A stretch of 64,000 nucleotides of DNA, from contig CAVTKB010000009.1 of assembly GCA_963735205.1 (NCBI GenBank), positions 488,942-552,941 of the forward strand, read 5' to 3'. Of this stretch, positions 24,700 to 33,947 are shown in pieces (within the stretch, counting starts at the first letter, position 1; the number at the start of each line of letters is the position of its first letter). Position numbers and translations under genes: made by a program. The notes beneath the pieces were generated by a model, which saw only the letters and a program-made list of their open reading frames with translations, did not search any database and was not told where the DNA came from. This DNA is from an uncultured Acidobacteriota bacterium. GTDB taxonomy: Bacteria > Acidobacteriota > Terriglobia > Terriglobales > Acidobacteriaceae.

Positions 24700-26249
24700 G
24701 TGGGTGTTGAAAAAGTCACGTCGATTAGCGGGATGAGATTCGGCAGAAGCATGTTAGAAGGAGTGATCCTGACCATGCTTTGTTGGATTCTCATCGTCGG
24801 AGGACTGCTGATCATGATGGGGCAACACGACCGCTCCGAAGCGTTGTTCTACTACTTTCGGCTGGGAGATCATGTTCCTGAGACTCACCTGCTGCGGCTC
24901 ATCGAAAAGCACATCAGCTTCGCCTTTGTGCGGGAAAAGCTGAAAGCGAGTTACAGCGAGACGGGCCGTCCTTCCATTGATCCCGAACTTCTGCTGCGCA
25001 TCCTGTTGATCGGCTATTTGTACGGCATCACCAGTGAACGGAAGCTGGTGGAGGAACTGCGCATGCACCTGGCGTGGCGCTGGTTCACGGGCTTGGGTTT
25101 CGATCAGGAAATCCCGCATCACTCCACGTTCTCGAAAAACCGGCATGGCCGGTTTCAGGAATCGAAGCTGTTCGAGGAACTGTTTGAGCAGATCGTGCGG
25201 CAGTGCGTGGAAGTGGGTTTGGTGCAGGGCAAGCACCTGTCGGTCGATGGCAGTTTCGTGGAGGCGAATGCCAGTAAGGAAAGCCGCATCCCGCGCGAGC
25301 AGCTAGCGGAAGCGGCCCAAGTTCATCACACTGTGCGGCAGTATCTGCGGGAAGTGGAAGAACAGAATCCGGTGGAGGAGCCGGTGCATGAACAGGACCA
25401 GGTTTCCACCACCGATCCCGATTCTACCTACGCCACCAAGGGCGGCACACCGGCGCGGCTGGGATACTACGACAACTATCTGGTGGACAATCACAGTTGT
25501 GTGATCGTAGGAGTGCAAGCTACAGCGGCGCGCATGAGTCAGGAAACAGTGGCCGCGCAGGACATGCTCACCCGTTTCACGCAATGGCAAGGACGAGAGC
25601 CGGAATCGGTGGCGGCCGATACGACCTACGGAAACGGCGAGTTCTTGCAATGGCTAGCCGATCGAAGCATCACTCCCTACATGCGGACCCGTGACAGCAT
25701 CCACCGAAAGAGGAGTCCATTCTTCGGTCCCGAGCGTTTCACGTACGAACCGGAAAACAATCGCTACATCTGCCCTGCTGGCCAGTTCCTCAACTACGGT
25801 GGCCGAGTTTATCGCAATCGAGCCTTCAACTATATCGGGACACGAAAAAAGTGTGGCCCGTGCTCGCTCCGACCACAATGCACCAGGGCTGCCTTCCGGG
25901 GTCTTATCATCCATCAGAACGAACCAGCCCGACAACGTGCGCGGGAGTTGGTCAACACGCCAGAGTTCGCCAAGGCACAACGGCAGCGAAAGAAAGTGGA
26001 AGCCTTGTTCGCGGAACTGAAGAATCAGATAGGACTGCGCCGCTTGCGCCTGCGGAGACTGAAGTTCGTGCGCGAGCAGTTCTTCTTGGCAGCGGTAGCG
26101 CAGAACATTAAACGACTGGTGCGCTTCCTCAGTCAGCCGACAACACCGGTTCTGTCGGTTACCACTTAGTCGAACCGACACAAGAAAACCGGCGACGGCA
26201 CGCTCGCAGATGAGAAGGCGTTCTGTTGGGGGACTTTTTCAACACCCAC
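24700..26249 (+). mobile_element. IS1182-family (IS5-like) insertion sequence, 1550 bp
   Basis: Perfect 18-bp terminal inverted repeats: 'gtgggtgttgaaaaagtc' (24700-24717) and 'gactttttcaacacccac' (26232-26249). They bracket a single DDE transposase gene. No target-site duplication was recognised. Confidence 0.85.
24814..26169 (+). CDS. IS1182/IS5-family DDE transposase
   Basis: GGAGGA Shine-Dalgarno plus ATG 24814. N-terminal DUF772-type 'GRPSIDPELLLRILLIGYLYGITSERKLVEEL...HSTFSKNR'. Then 'SVDGSFVEANAS', 'CPAGQ...C..CSLRPQCT', and the C-terminal 'FAELKNQIGLRRLRLRRLKFVREQFFLAAVAQNIKRL'. Confidence 0.85.
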   Translation: MMGQHDRSEALFYYFRLGDHVPETHLLRLIEKHISFAFVREKLKASYSETGRPSIDPELLLRILLIGYLYGITSERKLVEELRMHLAWRWFTGLGFDQEIPHHSTFSKNRHGRFQESKLFEELFEQIVRQCVEVGLVQGKHLSVDGSFVEANASKESRIPREQLAEAAQVHHTVRQYLREVEEQNPVEEPVHEQDQVSTTDPDSTYATKGGTPARLGYYDNYLVDNHSCVIVGVQATAARMSQETVAAQDMLTRFTQWQGREPESVAADTTYGNGEFLQWLADRSITPYMRTRDSIHRKRSPFFGPERFTYEPENNRYICPAGQFLNYGGRVYRNRAFNYIGTRKKCGPCSLRPQCTRAAFRGLIIHQNEPARQRARELVNTPEFAKAQRQRKKVEALFAELKNQIGLRRLRLRRLKFVREQFFLAAVAQNIKRLVRFLSQPTTPVLSVTT

Positions 26250-26286
26250 GCCTGTTAACGACAGTCATGGTTGATAATGGTGGTCC

Positions 26287-27096
26287 ATGGCCTCTGAACG
26301 AGAAGCGCGGCATGGGAATCTGCCTGTTTTTATGCGTGTCGTGCTGTTTTGGTGTTGCTACGTGGTGGTCTTGTTCTTGGCGTCAATTATCAAAGCGAAG
26401 GTTCCACCGCAATGGGGTCAGTTGGTTTAGGGGCTTACAAGCAGCGCCGCTCTGCTTTTTCTCACCTGGGTATTCTTGCGGCGGCAAGGCCGCACTTTTC
26501 GCGACATTGGCGTCAACGTTGAAGCGATGAGCTTTCCGCGATTGGGTGCTGGGATTGTGATCGGATTGGCGATTTTCGGTGTCATCCTGTCGCTCATTAA
26601 CCTCATCGCTGGTCCGGTGCGTTTGACCCGTGGAGCCGCCTCCGCGGGAACAATGGTTATGTTGGGGTGCACTTTTCTGGCGCTTGCCTGCATGGAGGAA
26701 CTCGGCTTCCGTGGCTATGCCTTGCGAACGCTGGTTCGGGCGATGGGCATGTGGCGTGCTCAGACAATCGTTGCCGTGGCCTTTGGCTTCTGCCACGTTG
26801 CGTTTGGTTGGTCTTGGATCAACATCTTGCTTGGAGTGATTCCATCTGCTCTCTTGTTCGGTATCGCAGCCACTTCCTCACGTGGATTGGCGATGCCTAT
26901 CGGCATACATGCAGGCTTGAATTTTGCGCAATGGGCGGTCACTGACAACTCCGGCATTTGGAAGCTCGTACTCAACGACCGATTGCAGCCTCGCGTCGGT
27001 ATACTGTCGCGCATTATCAGCATGGCCGTGGCTCTGTTCGTGGCGTTCCTGTTCTGGCGCTTTCGGTTCCACCGTACGGATCGCGATGACTGTTGA
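26287..27096 (+). pseudogene. CPBP-family intramembrane glutamic endopeptidase (CAAX protease-like) with in-frame TAG
   Basis: ATG 26287 opens 'MASEREARHGNLPVFMRVVLFWCCYVVVLFLASIIKAKVPPQWGQLV*GLTSSAALLFLTWVFLRRQG...'. The amber codon is at 26428-26430. Downstream are the CPBP motifs 'EELGFRGY' and 'FGFCHV'. The tracked ORF restarts at TTG 26476. Confidence 0.6.
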
Positions 27097-27126
27097 AACA
27101 TCCCAATTACACTCAATGACCGGGGA

Positions 27127-27303
27127 TCAGGCGAGGTCGATTGAGGATCGACGCTTGCTTGCGGCGCTGCGTTCGAGGATTCGCTTGACTTGGCAGTCTT
27201 CGTGGACTGATCGACCGTGTTCGTCTGTCGCTGTGTCAGGCCCCAATCGGACTGGCTTTCCGCATATGCGACAGGTGAGATAGTCCTTGCGGTGCTGCTT
27301 CAC
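27127..27303 (-). CDS. small zinc-finger-like protein (58 aa), not in ORF track
   Basis: GTG start. 'VKQHRKDYLTCRICGKPVRLGPDTATDEHGRSVHEDCQVKRILERSAASKRRSSIDLA'. Paralogous to the 27459-27617 product. Confidence 0.5.
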   Translation of the reverse strand: MKQHRKDYLTCRICGKPVRLGPDTATDEHGRSVHEDCQVKRILERSAASKRRSSIDLA

Positions 27304-27458
27304 ATGCGACCCGATTCCTTAAATGTCCCACTAGGCGACAGTTTGGCACGAATCGGCTGTTTGTACGATACCGTACAAACCGTACAGGCCGCTTGCAAAT
27401 GTCTATAACTTTGCTAGACTATTCACTCTTTCCCCACGCTTGCGGCAATAGACAGAAA

Positions 27459-27617
27459 ATGACTCAGCCACTTCCATCCCCCATCCCGCTCTGCTCGGTC
27501 TGCGGCAAACCCGTGGCACTCGAAACCAGCAAAACCGACGATAGTGGAAAAGCTGTCCATGAAGAGTGTTATACGGCCCAAATCGCGCAGGGCAAGCGGC
27601 GCGCAGAGAACTCTTAG
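27459..27617 (+). CDS. small zinc-finger-like protein (52 aa)
   Basis: 'MTQPLPSPIPLCSVCGKPVALETSKTDDSGKAVHEECYTAQIAQGKRRAENS'. It shares C-x2-C-G-K-P-V-x-L...D-x2-G-x2-V-H-E-x-C with the divergent neighbour. Confidence 0.5.
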   Translation: MTQPLPSPIPLCSVCGKPVALETSKTDDSGKAVHEECYTAQIAQGKRRAENS

Positions 27618-27913
27618 CAAAGCTACCTAACACTCGCGAGGACGGCGATTTCGGGTGGTTGGCGTAATATCTCTCCATTACACGCATCGACGCCAACGCG
27701 AAACTGGCATTCCGCATCTAAAAAGTGAGAATTGGAAGCCTTGGACTCTGCGGTCGGGCCCACCGGCTGTCTCGGTAACCTTCCGCCGCCGGTGCCAAAA
27801 GTAACCGCCATGGTGCCTTTTCGGCGATTGACCCGGCCGCGGCCTCCGCGTACGATTTGGTAGAATTCATCGGACGTTCACACTGGGAGAAGCGTCGTAT
27901 CTCTTAGAGAAAT

Positions 27914-30004
27914 ATGCGATTGGCCAACCTCCACGTCCGGACCGCCCTGCTCGCCTCCCTGATTCTGGCGGCCAGTGCTTGTCAGACCGCGCAGAAGCCG
28001 GTCTCGCTGCTGCCGCCCGGCAGCGCACCGTCGCTTCAGCCTACTCCGCCGCCCAGCCCAGTTTCATCGCCGTCACCTTCCCAGTCAGGCGCCCAGGCTC
28101 AGGAGCCAAAAGCTCCGGCCCAACCAGTTCCCACCGCATCGAATACACCTTCTCATTCTCAACCGCCTCATTCTCAACCGCCGCAATCTGACGCTCCCGA
28201 CTCGGTCGCCGATCTCATCGCCCGGGCCGAACAGGAATACCAGGAGGGTGTGGCCAACTATCACGCGGGAAATAGCGAAAGCGCCAAGCAGAATTTCGAC
28301 AATGCGCTGAATGCGCTGTTGAGCAGCAATCTCGACATCCGCTCCGACGATCGCCTGCAAAAGGAATTCGACCACATCGTCGAGGGCGTGAACGAACTGT
28401 ACCCCGGCGGCACTGCCGCCGATTCCGAGCAGGCGCAAGGCGCCCAGCAGAAAGCCGAGCCCGCGGCCATCGATCAAACCAACGACGCGACCAACGGCTT
28501 GGCGCCCACCGCCGACGCCAGCGTGAAAGCCAAAGTCGCAGCCGAAATCAAGAACACGCATTCCGACCTTCCGCTGATGATGACCGACCAGGTCGCCGGC
28601 TACATCACCTACTTCTCGGGCTACGGACGCGGCGTTTTCGAGCGCGCCTACGCCCGGTCGGGCCGCTACCACGACATGATGGTGGCCACGTTGAAGGAAC
28701 AGGGCCTGCCGCAGGACCTGATCTATCTCGCGCAAGCCGAGTCAGGATTCCATCCCCAGGCCGTCTCGAAGGCCGGCGCTCGCGGCATCTGGCAATTCAT
28801 GGCCAGCCGCGGCAGCGGATACGGTCTGCACCACAACATGTGGGTTGATGACCGCCAGGACCCCGAGAAATCCACCCGCGCCGCCGCCCGCCATTTGAAA
28901 GATCTCTACAACCAGTTCGGCGACTGGTATCTCGCCATGGCCGCGTACAATTCCGGCCCCGGCACCGTGCAGGCGGCCGTGAAGCGCACCGGCTATGCCG
29001 ATTTCTGGGAGCTTTACAACCGCAACGTCCTGCCCAAAGAAACCAAAAATTACGTCCCCATCATCCTGGCCGTGACCATCATGGCCAAGAATCCGGCGCA
29101 GTACGGCTTGAATTCGGTCGCGATGGAGAGCCCCGCAGAATACGACACAGTCAAGATCAGCTATCCCGTGGATCTTAGGCTAGTCGCCGAGTGCGTGAAC
29201 TCCACGCCGGAAGAATTACAAACTCTGAATCCCAGCCTGCTGCGCCTGACCACCCCGCGCGAAGGCCAGTTCGATCTGCACCTGCCGGCCGGAGCGAAAG
29301 ATCAGTACGAAAACGCCATCGCGTCCGTTCCCGCCGATATGCGCCTGTGGTGGCGCTACCACACGGTCCATTCCGGCGACACGCTGGCCACGCTCGCCCA
29401 CACGTATCACACGACCGCCAAGTCGATCTCTGAAGCGAATCATCTCGACAGTCCTGAACTTGAGGCTGACGCCAAGCTGGTGATCCCGATCGCGCCCGGC
29501 AAGCATCCTCTGACCGACACTGCGACCTACGCCCGCCGCATCACGCGCTACAAAGTTCATAGCGGAGACACGGTCGAAACCGTCGCCGAAAACTTTGGCG
29601 TCTCGGCGCAAATGCTGCGCCGCTGGAACGGCATCCGCGGCAACAGCCTCAGCGGGCGCCGGATCATCGCCCTGCACCTGCCGATTTCTCCGAGCGCCCA
29701 CCCGACCGAAGTCGCCTCGGCACGGACGACGTCCCACACCGGCAAAGCGAAACATCCGGCCACCGCTCCAGTGCCGGAGACGGCGACCACGAAGCCGCCA
29801 GCCACCAAGTCGGCCCAGATCGAGCGCCTGGAGGCCTCGCGGGCGAATCCGAAAGAAGTCGTTCACCACAAAGTAAAATCCGGCGAGACCCTCTATTCCA
29901 TCGCCAACGCCTACCGCACCACCGTCGCCGCCCTGAAGCGCGACAACCGCAACGTCGCCGTAATCCGCCCCGGCATGATTCTGACCGTGCAACTAAGCCG
30001 CTAA
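27914..30004 (+). CDS. mltD: lytic murein transglycosylase (SLT domain) with three LysM domains, MltD-like
   Basis: Lipoprotein-like signal 'LILAASAC', Pro/Ser-rich linker, SLT 'AQAESGFHPQAVSKAGARGIWQFM', and three LysM repeats ('HSGDTLATLA', 'HSGDTVETVA', 'KSGETLYSIA'). Confidence 0.8.
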   Translation: MRLANLHVRTALLASLILAASACQTAQKPVSLLPPGSAPSLQPTPPPSPVSSPSPSQSGAQAQEPKAPAQPVPTASNTPSHSQPPHSQPPQSDAPDSVADLIARAEQEYQEGVANYHAGNSESAKQNFDNALNALLSSNLDIRSDDRLQKEFDHIVEGVNELYPGGTAADSEQAQGAQQKAEPAAIDQTNDATNGLAPTADASVKAKVAAEIKNTHSDLPLMMTDQVAGYITYFSGYGRGVFERAYARSGRYHDMMVATLKEQGLPQDLIYLAQAESGFHPQAVSKAGARGIWQFMASRGSGYGLHHNMWVDDRQDPEKSTRAAARHLKDLYNQFGDWYLAMAAYNSGPGTVQAAVKRTGYADFWELYNRNVLPKETKNYVPIILAVTIMAKNPAQYGLNSVAMESPAEYDTVKISYPVDLRLVAECVNSTPEELQTLNPSLLRLTTPREGQFDLHLPAGAKDQYENAIASVPADMRLWWRYHTVHSGDTLATLAHTYHTTAKSISEANHLDSPELEADAKLVIPIAPGKHPLTDTATYARRITRYKVHSGDTVETVAENFGVSAQMLRRWNGIRGNSLSGRRIIALHLPISPSAHPTEVASARTTSHTGKAKHPATAPVPETATTKPPATKSAQIERLEASRANPKEVVHHKVKSGETLYSIANAYRTTVAALKRDNRNVAVIRPGMILTVQLSR

Positions 30005-30197
30005 GAATCGTAAAGGCGAGCGTACCCCACCCTTACTGTGACAATTTCGAAACTCACACACTGGCTCAATCTCTCCAACACGAATTTCCCGCAAGATGTA
30101 GGTGCGGGCACATTCTCAGACCATGCAGACGGCGGTGTTTCCGTCCCGTGATAAGATCTCGTTCCCCGCTTGTCGGCCCCTGTCCCAGGAGGTCCCA

Positions 30198-30965
30198 ATG
30201 TTCACGCGCGCCCGACCGAACCTGAACCTTGCCGTCAACTATTACGAGCCTCTGGGCATCGCTTCGTTGTTGAACTTCAGCAGCTGCGATTCCACCGGAT
30301 TTCAAGTGAATACGGCCAACGCGCAGCAACCCGGCATCCTCACCGACCAGAACCTTGGCACGCTCAACTACAACGATCCGTTTTCGTCGACCTGGACCCG
30401 GGCGGAAAGCTTCTGCGAAGAGGCTATTATCCCCATGCCGGTTCCCGACTCCACGGCCACGGTGAACTTCGCGCTGGTGACGGGCGAATCGGTCGCGCCT
30501 TCCAGCAGTCCGATTGCGCCCCTCGTCGCGCCGGTGCAGAATCCCACGATTAACGGCGGCAGCCTGTTTACTGCCGCCACGCTCTCGACCACGACGCCCT
30601 CGTTCAGTTGGACCACGCCCGCCAACGGAGCGCCTTACGGCTACGCCGTGTCGACGTACGTGCTATCGAATCCGAGTGGCACGCCCAATTACCTGAATGC
30701 CGGCGTCTTCTACACGTCGCAGAATGCCATCACGCTGCCTCCGCTCTCTTCGGGCAACACCTATGTCTTCGCCATCACGGCGCTGGTGGATGGCGTCGCC
30801 AGTATCCAAACCAGCCCCAATCGTTCATCGCTGCCGACCGCCTTCGCCAACGTGGTCTCGGCACCGATCACGATCAGTTCAGGTGCCGCCGACGTCGTGA
30901 TCCATGGGGACGCCGGCGTGGTGAAGCGCCTTTCGCAGCCGTCAGCGCCACCGAAGCGGCAGTAA
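30198..30965 (+). CDS. hypothetical Ser/Thr/Pro/Ala-rich beta-rich protein
   Basis: AGGAGG sits 5 nt before ATG 30198. Fn3/Ig-like stretch 'TPSFSWTTPANGAPYGYAVSTYVL...NTYVFAITAL'. No clear signal peptide. Confidence 0.45.
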   Translation: MFTRARPNLNLAVNYYEPLGIASLLNFSSCDSTGFQVNTANAQQPGILTDQNLGTLNYNDPFSSTWTRAESFCEEAIIPMPVPDSTATVNFALVTGESVAPSSSPIAPLVAPVQNPTINGGSLFTAATLSTTTPSFSWTTPANGAPYGYAVSTYVLSNPSGTPNYLNAGVFYTSQNAITLPPLSSGNTYVFAITALVDGVASIQTSPNRSSLPTAFANVVSAPITISSGAADVVIHGDAGVVKRLSQPSAPPKRQ

Positions 30966-31142
30966 CGAAAAAGCATCCAGTTCGAAGCTGCATCGCTTTA
31001 GCGGCCCTGCACGCCTCCGACGGGAAGGCGCCATAAGGCCATTCCCCGAATTCATCCCCGCTTAACTTTCCTGTTACGTCCCATTTATTTTCCTCTGCTA
31101 TGTCTTGAACCACCGTCGCTTCAACTTCCAGGAGGAAATCCT

Positions 31143-32846
31143 ATGAATCTTTCCAGCAGACGTCCTATCGGCCTGCCCGTTCTCGCCGTGTTATTCACAG
31201 CTTTGTTCGCCGCATCGGCAGCCGTGGCCGCCGATCCCGGTAAACCCGACTCCACCACCAGCCCCATCCAGCATGTACTGTTGATCAGCATTGACGGCAT
31301 GCACGCGATCGATTTCGCCAATTGCGCCAAGGGCGTTGCGAATTCCGCAAATGATCCGTACTGCCCGCACCTGGCGTCGCTTTCCTCCACCGGCGTGCAT
31401 TATCTGCAAGCGCTGACTTCGAAACCTTCCGATTCCTTCCCTGGGCTGGTCGCTCAGATCACCGGCGGAACGCCGCGTTCAGCGGGCATGTTCTACGACG
31501 TCAGTTACGACCGCGCGCTCTCTCCGCCAGCCCTGACTACTCCCTACGGCATCGTGGGCGGCCCCAAGCTCTGCCCCAGCGTGATCGGCACCCAAGTCGG
31601 CTTCGACGAGGAGATTGACTACAACTATCTGGACCTGCACTCGGGAAAACCGAATGGCAGCTCCGGCATCAATGGAATCAATCCCAACTACCTGCCGCGC
31701 GATCCGAAGAATGGCTGCAAACCCGTGTATCCCCACGAGTTCATTCGCGACAACACGATCTTCAACGTGGCCCACAATGCCGGCATGTACACGGCGTGGT
31801 CCGACAAACATCCTTCCTATGATTTCATCAATGGCCCGAGCGGCGATGGCGTAGCCGACCTGTGGTCGCCGGAAATCAACTCCATCCCGGTGGCGATTCC
31901 TTCGGTTCAAGGTTGCGCCCCGCTCCCCGACCCGGGAGCTGCCAAGTCAAGCAATGCCTGGACCGACAGCTTTCAGAACATTCGCTGCTACGACCAGTAC
32001 AAAGTGCAAGCCGTTCTGAACTGGATTGACGGCAAGACGCACGATGGCAGCGCCACCGCCCCCGTTCCGGCCTTGTTTGGCATGAACTTCCAGGCAGTCA
32101 GCGTGGGACAAAAGCTGGTGGAAAAATCGCTGAGCCTCACCGGCGGTTATCTCGAGCCGCTCGGCACCCCGAGCGAATCTCTTCTCGCCGAGATCCAGTA
32201 CGTCGATGGCGCGATTGGCCAGATGGTCGCGGAGTTGAAGAAGCAAGGCTTGCTCGATTCAACTCTGATTATCGTGTCGGCCAAGCATGGCCAGTCCGCG
32301 ATCGATCCGAACCGCGTTCTGCGCATCCCTGCTGACGATGCGTCGCTGATGCCACCGTCCCAGGTGCTTTCACCAGCGGGCGTCGGCCCCGGCCTGCCGG
32401 TCGCGCAAGCGGACGAGGATGATATCTCGATGATCTGGCTGACCGATCAAAGCCAGACCGCGAGCGCAGTCGCAACCCTGGCTGCCAATGAAAGCCTGTT
32501 TGGGCAAGGGGAGCTGTTTGCCGGCCCGTCGCTCACCCTGCAATTCAATGATCCACTTACCGATTCCCGGACTCCAGACATCATCATCACTCCCAATGTT
32601 GGCGTCGTTTACACGGGCGGGACCGCCAAGGTTTCCGAGCATGGCGGCTTTGCCTATGACGACCGCAACGTTCTGCTGATCGTCTCGAACCCCAAGTACA
32701 AGGCTTCCACGTTTAACGATCTGGTCGAAACCCGCCAGATCGCTCCCACCATCGTGAAAGCTCTGGGCCTGAACCCGAACCAACTAACCGCGGTTCAGTC
32801 CGAGCACACCGAAACTCTGCCCGGTCTGCCCTTTACCCAGAAGTAA
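31143..32846 (+). CDS. alkaline-phosphatase-superfamily enzyme (type I phosphodiesterase / nucleotide pyrophosphatase-like), secreted
   Basis: Signal peptide, then 'HVLLISIDGMHAIDF' (metal/nucleophile region of NPP-type enzymes) and a later 'IVSAKHGQS'. Confidence 0.65.
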   Translation: MNLSSRRPIGLPVLAVLFTALFAASAAVAADPGKPDSTTSPIQHVLLISIDGMHAIDFANCAKGVANSANDPYCPHLASLSSTGVHYLQALTSKPSDSFPGLVAQITGGTPRSAGMFYDVSYDRALSPPALTTPYGIVGGPKLCPSVIGTQVGFDEEIDYNYLDLHSGKPNGSSGINGINPNYLPRDPKNGCKPVYPHEFIRDNTIFNVAHNAGMYTAWSDKHPSYDFINGPSGDGVADLWSPEINSIPVAIPSVQGCAPLPDPGAAKSSNAWTDSFQNIRCYDQYKVQAVLNWIDGKTHDGSATAPVPALFGMNFQAVSVGQKLVEKSLSLTGGYLEPLGTPSESLLAEIQYVDGAIGQMVAELKKQGLLDSTLIIVSAKHGQSAIDPNRVLRIPADDASLMPPSQVLSPAGVGPGLPVAQADEDDISMIWLTDQSQTASAVATLAANESLFGQGELFAGPSLTLQFNDPLTDSRTPDIIITPNVGVVYTGGTAKVSEHGGFAYDDRNVLLIVSNPKYKASTFNDLVETRQIAPTIVKALGLNPNQLTAVQSEHTETLPGLPFTQK

Positions 32847-32872
32847 GGCTGGTCCAGCCATAACGCGTCACC

Positions 32873-32905
32873 AGGAGCGGAGAGCGCAAGCTCTCTGCTC
32901 CTTTT
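32873..32905 (+). terminator. rho-independent terminator
   Basis: 12-bp stem ggagcggagagc/gctctctgctcc (one G-U pair), GCAA loop, then TTTTT. Confidence 0.7.
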
Positions 32906-33266
32906 TCTGCCCCCATTCAGAAAGACTGTAATGTGCGTCGCAGCTTCGGCCGCCACTTTCATTCGTCTTTTATTTGCCGGGAGTTCCGGCGCAATCAAAG
33001 GTCGCCCCGGGGAGACTTTCGCGTGCGGACTTGGGAAGGGACTCGCCATTCTCAAAATTCTTGTTTGAATTCTTCTTTCTTTTGCCCGCGCGCTGTGATA
33101 GATAAACGAATCTGCGGCTGTGATTGCGGCGCTTGCAGGCTGCACCGAACGTCGTGCTATAATCGCGCGCCGTTCCAGCAGAAGTTTCCGGTGGTCTTTT
33201 AAATTCTTTGTGCCCGCAGCCAGGAGCCCCGTGCGCACCCGGCCGCCACTGAAATCAGGAGGAACA

Positions 33267-33644
33267 ATGACGTTCTACGATCCCACACTCTACGGACGCG
33301 ACGAAGAGGAAGAATTCGGCGACAGCGGCGCTTACACCGAGTCGCTGGAAGAAGATTTCGAAGAGGAAGAAGAGGAAGAAGAATCCGGCCTGCCGGCTCC
33401 CGAAGCAGCTGAGCCGGTGTCCGCTCCCGCGCCTCCAGCCCCCAAACCCGCGCCAGCCGCCCCGAGCGGCGGAGGCGGCAAGCCCAAGGCAAAAAAGAAA
33501 CCGGCCGCAAAGAAGAAACCGGCTCCGAAAAAGGCTGCGAAGAAGCCCGCAAAGAAAAAGGCCGCCAAGAAACCAGCGAAGAAAGCTGCCAAGAAAAAGC
33601 CGGCTAAGAAGGCTGCAAAGAAAAAGGGCAAGAAGCGGCGTTAA
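33267..33644 (+). CDS. histone H1-like / lysine-rich nucleoid-associated-type protein with acidic N-terminus
   Basis: AGGAGG Shine-Dalgarno plus ATG 33267. Acidic 'EEEEFGDSGAYTESLEEDFEEEEEEEE', then an Ala/Pro linker, then 'KKPAAKKKPAPKKAAKKPAKKKAAKKPAKKAAKKKPAKKAAKKKGKKRR'. Confidence 0.7.
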   Translation: MTFYDPTLYGRDEEEEFGDSGAYTESLEEDFEEEEEEEESGLPAPEAAEPVSAPAPPAPKPAPAAPSGGGGKPKAKKKPAAKKKPAPKKAAKKPAKKKAAKKPAKKAAKKKPAKKAAKKKGKKRR

Positions 33645-33684
33645 GTCGCTGTCTGGCCGCGACCGCCTCCGGTCCAAGATTTAG

Positions 33685-33713
33685 AACCGCGCCCTGCACG
33701 GGCGCGGTTTTTT
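33685..33713 (+). terminator. rho-independent terminator
   Basis: 10-bp stem aaccgcgccc/gggcgcggtt, 5-nt loop, T-run. Confidence 0.75.
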
Positions 33714-33772
33714 CTTGTTCTTGCTCGGCCGCACTCCCAATCCCGTCCACACAGTTGATCAAATTCAAGTAC

Positions 33773-33895
33773 TGTCATCCTGAGGCCCGCGTCTTTTGCG
33801 GGCCGAAGGACCTATGTATCTCTCCGCAGCATCGGCGGGCCCAAGGCTTGCATCGATCCTTCGGCCCGCGGAAAGACGCGGGCCTCAGGATGACA
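33773..33895. repeat. inverted pair of the TGTCATCCTGAG...GGATGACA repeat family
   Basis: 'tgtcatcctgaggcccgcgtcttttgcgggccgaaggacc' ... 'gatccttcggcccgcggaaagacgcgggcctcaggatgaca'. Confidence 0.8.
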
Positions 33896-33947
33896 AGGCA
33901 ATGCTGCGCCCTTGTATAATTCCCGCGCTCGCCGCAGAGGTCCTCCC

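Noticed and set aside
26924-27283. 119-aa + strand ORF after the CPBP gene
   Set aside because: It overlaps the better-supported minus-strand mini zinc-finger ORF (27127-27303), which has a paralog. The + strand product has no features.
27340-27360. TGGCAC motif suggestive of a sigma-54 -24 element
   Set aside because: The downstream -12 position reads GGCT rather than TTGC, and the spacing and consensus are poor.
33120-33266. 5' extension of the H1-like ORF
   Set aside because: The extension has no Shine-Dalgarno. The internal ATG at 33267 has a perfect AGGAGG, and the protein architecture starts there.
33332-33631. 99-aa minus-strand ORF 'MPFFFAAFLAGFF...'
   Set aside because: It is the mirror image of the lysine-rich repeat (AAG/AAA codons read as TTT/CTT). 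An artefact.
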